Source of the DNA: an uncultured Gammaproteobacteria bacterium
GTDB lineage: Bacteria > Patescibacteriota > Microgenomatia > Daviesbacterales > UBA10151
Direction: 5' to 3'
DNA: 64,000 bases
Assembly (NCBI GenBank): GCA_964392925.1
Contig: CAYMRP010000007.1
Location: 2,214 to 66,213, forward strand
Of this stretch, positions 57,733 to 64,000 are shown piece by piece. Both the position numbers and the translations under genes were made by a program. The notes below the pieces were generated by a model. That model searched no databases and was not told the DNA's origin. It saw only the letters and a program-made list of their open reading frames with translations. Position 1 is the first letter of the stretch. Each line of letters opens with the position of its first letter.

Positions 57733-58677
57733 TTAAGTTCTGCTATGCTTGTGATGCGGGTGATGGTGATCGTCTTTACCTAAAGTTCCCCAATAAACCC
57801 CAAGAACTATTAAGCATGTGCCGATGATAAAAGAGAATGAAATGCGTTCCCCTAGAAGCGGGACTGCTAGAGTTGCGGCGACTGCAGGCTCAAGGTATTG
57901 AATCATATTAGCGTGAGAAATAGGAATTTTATTTAGCCCCCAGAGAAGAAGAAAATAAGCACAAATTGAAGACAGAACAGTAATATAAATTAAGCCGAAA
58001 ATACCCAAGATGCTGACTTTAAGAACCCAATTAGGGTTTTGAATGTATTCGATTAAAGCCGGAATGGAGAAAGCGATTGTGGCTGTAAGAAAAGTGATGG
58101 CTGTTATAACAAGTGGGGAATAGATTTTAAGCATCTTTTTTAAAATCATTGAGCCTGCGACAAAGGAGATAGATGAAGCAATAATTAAGAAATTTCCGAC
58201 CAATTGTTTAGATGTGAAATTTCCGACCAGTAATAAAGGAATACCAATAACTGAGAGTGCGCCCAGAAGGCTGATTATGATGCCTACTAGATTAGCGGTA
58301 TAAATCTTTTCTTTTAGAAACCACCAGCCGCCAATAACAGAAATGACCGGAATAGACAGCTCTAAGACCGAAGCATCGATGGCGGTTGTCCTATTTAAAC
58401 CCATGTAGAAAAAGGCAATATTAACGCAGGCTACTAAAAGTCCACCAAGGATTAATTTTGGTAAATGTTCAAATTTAATCCTGATGTCTTTGGGGGCAAG
58501 ACTAAATAAGAATGGAGTAATTAAAAGACAGGCTAAACCGTATCTGAGGAATCCCAGGCTCATAAGGGGAATTTCCTGGAGGGTTATTTTGGCAAAAACA
58601 TAATTTGCCCCCCAAATTAGGTGGGCTCCGATAATTGCCAAATAGAAAATGGGTTTTTTATATATTTCTGAGTTCAA
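57733..58677 (-). CDS. EamA/DMT family transporter with His-rich tail
   Basis: IWG.NY, 10 TM, LKEK, YLEP, LGE; C-terminal HHHPHHKH. Confidence 0.88.
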   Translation of the reverse strand: MNSEIYKKPIFYLAIIGAHLIWGANYVFAKITLQEIPLMSLGFLRYGLACLLITPFLFSLAPKDIRIKFEHLPKLILGGLLVACVNIAFFYMGLNRTTAIDASVLELSIPVISVIGGWWFLKEKIYTANLVGIIISLLGALSVIGIPLLLVGNFTSKQLVGNFLIIASSISFVAGSMILKKMLKIYSPLVITAITFLTATIAFSIPALIEYIQNPNWVLKVSILGIFGLIYITVLSSICAYFLLLWGLNKIPISHANMIQYLEPAVAATLAVPLLGERISFSFIIGTCLIVLGVYWGTLGKDDHHHPHHKHSRT

Positions 58678-58751
58678 AATTTTAAATTGTTTTCTTGTTA
58701 AATTGCTAAATTGTTGAAAAACCAGATAGCTTGAAATAATTATTGCAGGTT

Positions 58752-59987
58752 TTAAGCGGGAACGGAAGCATTCTTAATTTTATTCTCAAGATCAGTGATT
58801 TTAACGGCTTCCTGAGTACGGTTGTGCAAATCTTTAAGGATGACTTCGTCTGCTGATTCAGTTTCTGATAAGCCGGTAATGACTGCAAATCTGATTCCTT
58901 TAACATCGGTATATTTTAACTGCCGTTCCATTTTGGTTGTTGGATCCATCCAGATTTCGGAATTAATCCCTGCATTTCGGAGATTTGCTAAAACACTGAG
59001 GGCCTTGGGGAGGAAATTGGCTGAGCCGACTGTCACGAGGGCATGAGTTTTAGTCAGAATTGGTTGGAGAAGATTATTGGCCTCAAGGGCTTCGACAGTC
59101 CGGTCAAAGCCGATAGCAAAACCAATTGCCGGAATATCAACGCCGGTGAATTTGCCGATCATTTTGTCATAACGGCCGCCGCCGCATAGAGATGAACCAT
59201 TAGGATCTGATCTTAAGACAACTTCCATAATAATCCCGGTGTAATAATCGAGTCCTCTAACTAAAGTTGGATCAAAAATCAAAACATTATCGGGATAGCC
59301 GGCAGCTTTAAAATCGCTGATAACTTGCGCAAGTGTTGGTGTAGGCTGCATTGATTTTATTTTACTAAGGGCGTTCGCAGCTTCAGCGCCGCTTAAGCCT
59401 TTGCCCTGAAGTTCTTTCATAACTCCATCGATACCGATTTTATTTAGTTTATCGACGGCGCTTAAGTATTTAGGATCGTATTCGGAGAGGAGACTTCTAT
59501 CGTTAATTTTAATAACAATATCGAGGCCGAGGCTTTTATAGATTTCATAAGCCAGACTGACTATTTCGGCATCAGCGATAGGGGAGGAGACACCAACAAT
59601 ATCGGCATCGCATTGCAGAAATTCACGATAACGGCCTTTTTGGGTATTTTCACCTCTGAAAGCGGGTTGAATTTGATATCTTTTGAAGGGCAATATTAAT
59701 TTTTGCTGGCCGACCGGTCCCCATTGGGCAACAACTCTGGCCAAAGGGACGGTTTGATCGTATTTTAAGGCTAAATAATCGCCGCCGTTGGTTTGGAATT
59801 TATAGATCAGCTTTTCTTCCTCGCCATATTTACCTTGTAGAGTTTCTTCGTATTCAACAGTTGGAGTTTCAATTGGATCAAAGCCGAATTTTTCAAATAC
59901 GGAAATAATCCGGTCAATAACTGCTTTTCTTTTTAGAGCATCGACTGGTAGAAAATCTCTAAAGCCTTTTGGTGTTTGTAGTTTCAT
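58752..59987 (-). CDS. hisS: Histidine--tRNA ligase
   Basis: PKGFRDFLP, LKYDQTVPLAR, GRYREFLQCD, RGLDYYTG, GGGRYD. Confidence 0.97.
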   Translation of the reverse strand: MKLQTPKGFRDFLPVDALKRKAVIDRIISVFEKFGFDPIETPTVEYEETLQGKYGEEEKLIYKFQTNGGDYLALKYDQTVPLARVVAQWGPVGQQKLILPFKRYQIQPAFRGENTQKGRYREFLQCDADIVGVSSPIADAEIVSLAYEIYKSLGLDIVIKINDRSLLSEYDPKYLSAVDKLNKIGIDGVMKELQGKGLSGAEAANALSKIKSMQPTPTLAQVISDFKAAGYPDNVLIFDPTLVRGLDYYTGIIMEVVLRSDPNGSSLCGGGRYDKMIGKFTGVDIPAIGFAIGFDRTVEALEANNLLQPILTKTHALVTVGSANFLPKALSVLANLRNAGINSEIWMDPTTKMERQLKYTDVKGIRFAVITGLSETESADEVILKDLHNRTQEAVKITDLENKIKNASVPA

Positions 59988-60037
59988 ATTATTACCTCCA
60001 ATATTAACAATCTTAACTATCAGTGTAAATCAGTATT

Positions 60038-60067
60038 GTTAAGGGGCAGAGCGCTCTACCCCTTAAC
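60038..60067. other. Hairpin between HisG-like ORF and hisS (no U-tract)
   Basis: GTTAAGGGGCAGAG/CTCTACCCCTTAAC inverted repeat. Confidence 0.6.
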
Positions 60068-60069
60068 GT

Positions 60070-60657
60070 TTAGTATGGCAAATAAAGTTTTGCTCCATCC
60101 TTCGCTGCCTGATAGTTCATAGTAGTCCTTCTAGTAGCTGCTTCTAAAGAAGCTGCATAGGCTTCTTGTGCAACATGCTCACTAGCTCTAACAATACTGG
60201 CTACTAATCTATTTCTAAAGCCTTCAATTCCCCTTAATTGACCAGATTCCCGAACTTGTCTTACGACTTCTGGATCGATAGGTTCGCCGAGAATTAGTTC
60301 GCCGGGTAGTGTTTCGGTCCTGGTTCTTCCAGGGATAACTAGTCTTAGAGTATCTTGCCGATCAGCTTTCAGCGGGGCTCTACGAGACCTTATAGCCATA
60401 TCAAATATGCCTCGGGCTACTAGTTCTCGAAGGGCTGGGCTGAGAAATGTTCCAAGCTCAACGCTATTGACTCGTTGCTCAGCATTTGGGATTTTAACTG
60501 CTTGGGTATTCCGATCAAACCAGATTGTTTGGTTAAAAGATCCTAGCAGATCTTTAACCGGGATCTCTGCTTTTTTTAATAAAGCTATTGTGCCGCTTCT
60601 TCCTTGATTGCGATCAGGTACTCCTATCATTAAATTCTTATTATCTATATCTCTCAT
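60070..60657 (-). CDS. Hypothetical protein, N-terminus resembling degenerate HisG (ATP-PRTase)
   Basis: LMIGVP..GR..TIALLKKA and LRELVARGIFDMAI resemble HisG domain-I motifs; SD GGAGG. Confidence 0.45.
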   Translation of the reverse strand: MRDIDNKNLMIGVPDRNQGRSGTIALLKKAEIPVKDLLGSFNQTIWFDRNTQAVKIPNAEQRVNSVELGTFLSPALRELVARGIFDMAIRSRRAPLKADRQDTLRLVIPGRTRTETLPGELILGEPIDPEVVRQVRESGQLRGIEGFRNRLVASIVRASEHVAQEAYAASLEAATRRTTMNYQAAKDGAKLYLPY

Positions 60658-60878
60658 TAATTAACACCTCCTTCCATGATATTTTTTCTATATTTGAAGT
60701 AATTTTTATATTCATTTCCCATCATTTCAAGGCCTTTATCTGATATAAATCCTATCTGATCAACTTTACTGAGATTATCTTTTATGTACTGACTTCTTTT
60801 ATCATTTGGTACGTTCCAAGCAAGTAATGTTGGATTTCCGCCGGCTATTAAAAATGTTTCAACTTTAATTTTTTGCAT
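60657..60878 (-). pseudogene. Truncated CntK-like histidine racemase / DapF-fold fragment
   Basis: GGNPTLL, DQIGFI, LEMMGNE match CntK-type N-terminal motifs; diverges just before the expected catalytic Cys (E-F-C-G-N) and stops at 73 aa. Confidence 0.65.
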
Positions 60879-61230
60879 AAAAAAACTCCCGTTCTCTGTA
60901 TTTAAATTGTTAAATGATGAATGGTTGCATTGCTGCAAAAAACATCAGAACTTAAATACAAGGAACGAGAGTGTTTAAGTATCCAGTGGATATTTAAACG
61001 GGTTAACTACATTCAAGCTTTCGCAGGAATATAATATAAAAGTTAACCCTTAGGTCAAAAAAATGACCGCTCCCGCGGTCCCATCCTTGTTGATTAATTA
61101 TTTCTAACTAACCCTCTTAGTGGCGACTCCGCAGATAACTGTGACATCGTCTGTTTGATTTAACGGTTAAACTTCCGTAAGGTATTTTGACCTTCAGCTC
61201 CTGAGTCGTGACTTCAGTAAAAACGCTTGT
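60879..61230 (-). ncRNA. T-box riboswitch, histidine-type, with minimal stem I
   Basis: ACAAGGA-TGGGACC-GCGGGAG pairs with CTCTCGT-TCCTTGT; CCGTTA F-box; CAC in first hairpin loop; competing long terminator ending GGGAGTTTTTTT. Confidence 0.8.
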
Positions 61231-61236
61231 GTGAGA

Positions 61237-61265
61237 ATTATAATCTTTATTGAGGGGATTGTCAA
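61237..61265 (-). promoter_or_regulatory. Consensus sigma70 promoter of T-box leader
   Basis: TTGACA-17bp-TATAAT on minus strand. Confidence 0.85.
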
Positions 61266-61342
61266 AATTAAGGTATTTTCTCACGGTGTTCGAAAAATAA
61301 AAAAGTGGAAATTTTGGCTCAAGAGTTATAGAATATTGATCT

Positions 61343-62455
61343 GTGACTGAAGAAACAAAAAATTATTATGCAGTTATTTTAGCCGGGGGGTCCGGAACTC
61401 GGCTCTGGCCAGCATCAGTTAAAGCACATCCTAAACATTTACTAAAACTTCTTAATGAAAAATCTCTAATTCAAACTACTTTTGATAGGGTTGAGGGATT
61501 GTTGCCAGCCGAGAATATTTATGTGATAACAAACAAAGCTCATTCCAAAGAAGTTGAGGAGCAACTTCCGCAAATTCCAGCCGAAAATATAATAGGGGAG
61601 CCGGTGGCGAAGAATACAGCTGTGGCTATGGGAGCGGCAGCTGCAGTCATACACTCGAGAAATCCAGATGCTTCAATAATATATTTGGCAGCAGATCATG
61701 TAGTCAGGGATTTAGCCCGGTTTCATATGAATAGTTTGGCGGCTTTAAGAGTGGCTGCCAGCGGAGATTATATTGTGGCTGTCGGTATCAAACCGGAATT
61801 TCCCCATACTGGTTTGGGTTATATAAAAATAGGACAGGAATTGGAAATGCTTTCTGATGTTGCTAAAAAAGGCTTTGTTTTTAAGGGTTTGGAATTTAAA
61901 GAAAAGCCTAATATGGTGACTGCACAATCGTTTGTGGCTTCCGGACAATATCTTTGGAATGCGAATTTATATTCTTGGTCATCAAAATCTATTATGAAAG
62001 CTTTTGAAAAATATTCTCCGGATATTTCTAAAGCTGTAAATTTGATTGCTGAAAAGGCTAAGGACCATGACTTGGATGAAGTTCTAGAAGAAGCGTATTC
62101 AGAGTTAGATAATCCTAACTCGATTGATTATGAAGTTTCAGAGAAAGTTGATAATTTAGTAGTTATTCCAGGGGACTTTGGGTGGAGTGATGTGGGGGAT
62201 TGGAAAGAAGTTTATAATTTAAGGTCAAAAGATTCGAAAGGGATTGCGACTTCTGAGGAGTCAGAAGTTATAAATGTAAATAGTGAGAATGTGTTAGTTG
62301 ATGCGGGTAAAAAATTAGTGGCTTTAGTTGGGGTTGAAGATCTAATAGTTATAGATACTGGAAATGCGCTGCTGATTGCGAAGAATGATGCGACTCAGGA
62401 TGTGAAGAAAGTTGTTGAGAAATTAAAAGAACAAGAGAAAAAAGATTTCTTGTAA
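61343..62455 (+). CDS. manC: Mannose-1-phosphate guanylyltransferase
   Basis: VILAGGSGTRLWPAS..PK, EPVAKNTA, FKEKP, SIDY, GWSDVGDW. Confidence 0.92.
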   Translation: MTEETKNYYAVILAGGSGTRLWPASVKAHPKHLLKLLNEKSLIQTTFDRVEGLLPAENIYVITNKAHSKEVEEQLPQIPAENIIGEPVAKNTAVAMGAAAAVIHSRNPDASIIYLAADHVVRDLARFHMNSLAALRVAASGDYIVAVGIKPEFPHTGLGYIKIGQELEMLSDVAKKGFVFKGLEFKEKPNMVTAQSFVASGQYLWNANLYSWSSKSIMKAFEKYSPDISKAVNLIAEKAKDHDLDEVLEEAYSELDNPNSIDYEVSEKVDNLVVIPGDFGWSDVGDWKEVYNLRSKDSKGIATSEESEVINVNSENVLVDAGKKLVALVGVEDLIVIDTGNALLIAKNDATQDVKKVVEKLKEQEKKDFL

Positions 62456-62457
62456 GA

Positions 62458-63171
62458 TTATTTAATTCTTTGAATTGGCCCTTTAGGTTCGTCTTTTGTA
62501 TAGTCAAATGGAAGTTTGAACGGTGTACAAGTGCTTCCTGTAGAAAATGCGAATTGTTTTAAAACACTATCTCGGTATTTCTGTTCCTTTATGGCCCAGT
62601 TTATAGCCCCACCAGATATCACTTCAGCCATCCAAACACTAGTAACGTCTTTTCTACGAAGATTCGTTACTACGACTTCAATAGCGGCTTTGAAAGGTTC
62701 GCCAGCTTCAATTTCACGCAAAGCACGAGACTCTTGGAAAGGGGCTATTCGTTTTGTTGCTGGGTTTGAGAAGACTCTGTTCGCTCGGGATTGATCAGAT
62801 GAACAGTTTGACCAATCTTTCAATAAGTTGCCGTTACGGTGAAAAGCATCCTGCATTTCAGATAACAGACGGCTTTCAGGCTCTACAAGAGCAGCAATTA
62901 AAACTTCAGGAACGTTATTGCCACTGTAAAAAACTCTTTGTGAAGCCTCGCTCGGTTTTTGTAATTCAGTAGAAGTTGGTTCTGTAGACTTATTAGGAGC
63001 GGGTTGGGTAGATTCGTGTGGTACTTTGTTGGCTAAAATTCCGATAATAGATGTAACTGTGAGAAGACTTGCGGCAAGTAAAGCTCCATCAACTGCAGAC
63101 AATCTCCTGCTAGAAGCTGGCAAACTATCTCGAGTTGTAACAGGTCTTCTTCTTTCTGCTTGTGCGGTCAT
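62458..63171 (-). CDS. Hypothetical single-TM protein
   Basis: 237-aa ORF with N-terminal TM helix. Confidence 0.6.
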   Translation of the reverse strand: MTAQAERRRPVTTRDSLPASSRRLSAVDGALLAASLLTVTSIIGILANKVPHESTQPAPNKSTEPTSTELQKPSEASQRVFYSGNNVPEVLIAALVEPESRLLSEMQDAFHRNGNLLKDWSNCSSDQSRANRVFSNPATKRIAPFQESRALREIEAGEPFKAAIEVVVTNLRRKDVTSVWMAEVISGGAINWAIKEQKYRDSVLKQFAFSTGSTCTPFKLPFDYTKDEPKGPIQRIK

Positions 63172-63215
63172 ATGTATATTCTATAGGATACTATTTAAGT
63201 TGTCAAATATTTTTA

Positions 63216-63953
63216 TTAACGTGCTTTTATTGAGGCAGAAGGAGAGGCGGATTTGATTGTAGAAGTTTTTTCAGAGGGCTTGATAAAGCCGGGAGCAGGG
63301 ATGAAATATATAAAACGAGCTCGGAGAGTGCCATCTTTTTGAGGAACAGCGCGAGCAAGTAAATGCTGCTCGACTTTAGCATCGGCAAAAGAGGCTTCGT
63401 TATTGCCGAGGAAATAATTTGTTTGAGCATTAGTTACCAAGCTTTTTATTTCGCCATCTTTCGATTTAATGGTTATTGTTGAGCCTTGAGATTTTTGAAT
63501 TTGACCCCAAATTAGTTGAGCCGAATTAGAAGCATAATTATCCAGGTATACCAGTTGTTGGGTAACTAAATAATTTTTGTCATCAACGTCTCCCAGGGCG
63601 GCGATTTTATCGCCTTCTTCTAAAGTGTCAATTTTAATTTCTTTGTTTTTAGCACCAATAATTTTAGTGAATTCGTCAAACTTAATGGTTTTAGTAGTAT
63701 CTAACATTTGAAGAGTAATTTCTGAGCCACTGATTGAAATAATTGAACCAATAAAAGCTTTGTTTTGAACTTTTTTATTGACTTCGTTTTTAATCTCTGC
63801 AGCTTTTGAGGCTATATCATTCTTTAGATCAGTTAGTTTTTGCATTAATGTTCCGGACTGACTTGATTCCTGAGCATATAAAGGTGCAGGGTTGAGCGTA
63901 AGGGCAATAGTTAGCGCCCAGATTAGAATCAGTAAACCTGTAATCTTTTTCAT
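63216..63953 (-). CDS. Secreted protein with tandem OB-like (DUF5666-like) domains
   Basis: Signal peptide; G.I.SI.GS.ITL repeats; SD GGAGG. Confidence 0.65.
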   Translation of the reverse strand: MKKITGLLILIWALTIALTLNPAPLYAQESSQSGTLMQKLTDLKNDIASKAAEIKNEVNKKVQNKAFIGSIISISGSEITLQMLDTTKTIKFDEFTKIIGAKNKEIKIDTLEEGDKIAALGDVDDKNYLVTQQLVYLDNYASNSAQLIWGQIQKSQGSTITIKSKDGEIKSLVTNAQTNYFLGNNEASFADAKVEQHLLARAVPQKDGTLRARFIYFIPAPGFIKPSEKTSTIKSASPSASIKAR

Positions 63954-64000
63954 ATCTCTTCCTCCGAATAGTAAACTGATTTTATAACTGTCTTGCTGTT

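Noticed and set aside
60879-60938. His-leader peptide or N-terminal extension of the CntK-like ORF
   Set aside because: The region is the T-box terminator hairpin; there is no run of His codons.
1-64000. Alternative genetic code (UGA=Gly/Trp) as in some CPR lineages
   Set aside because: Conserved genes are full length under code 11, and several end in TGA with ATGA/GTGA overlaps.

Overview
AT-rich bacterial chromosome segment read with the standard code 11 (TGA is used as a stop). Gene content and style (DUF5659, shortened RF1/PrmC, many orphan ORFs) suggest a CPR/Patescibacteria, Microgenomates-like genome; this is inference. Housekeeping genes include ychF, rpsF-ssb-rpsR, ctpA, htrA, prmC-prfA-rpmE, hisS, manC and fused otsAB. 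Main observations: (1) A ~16.85 kb large-serine-recombinase element is integrated in codons 5-7 of ychF. attL/attR can be read from the sequence, the element supplies a new ychF start, and attP lies inside the integrase gene, so excision swaps a 13-aa C-terminus for a 48-aa one. Its cargo is a giant MoxR AAA+ ATPase and a transglutaminase-vWA protein, bracketed by a 22-bp motif that recurs as an inverted pair inside the element's ATPase gene. (2) A tRNA-Ser-like RNA with a perfect promoter and terminator but an extended, non-canonical anticodon arm lies between an ATP-grasp ligase and an unknown enzyme. (3) A minimal His-type T-box riboswitch precedes a truncated CntK-like racemase, a HisG-like ORF and hisS. 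(4) Four surface proteins carry dockerin-like tandem repeats, three of them with a shared pilin-like leader. All calls are by-eye motif recognition; no database searches were run.
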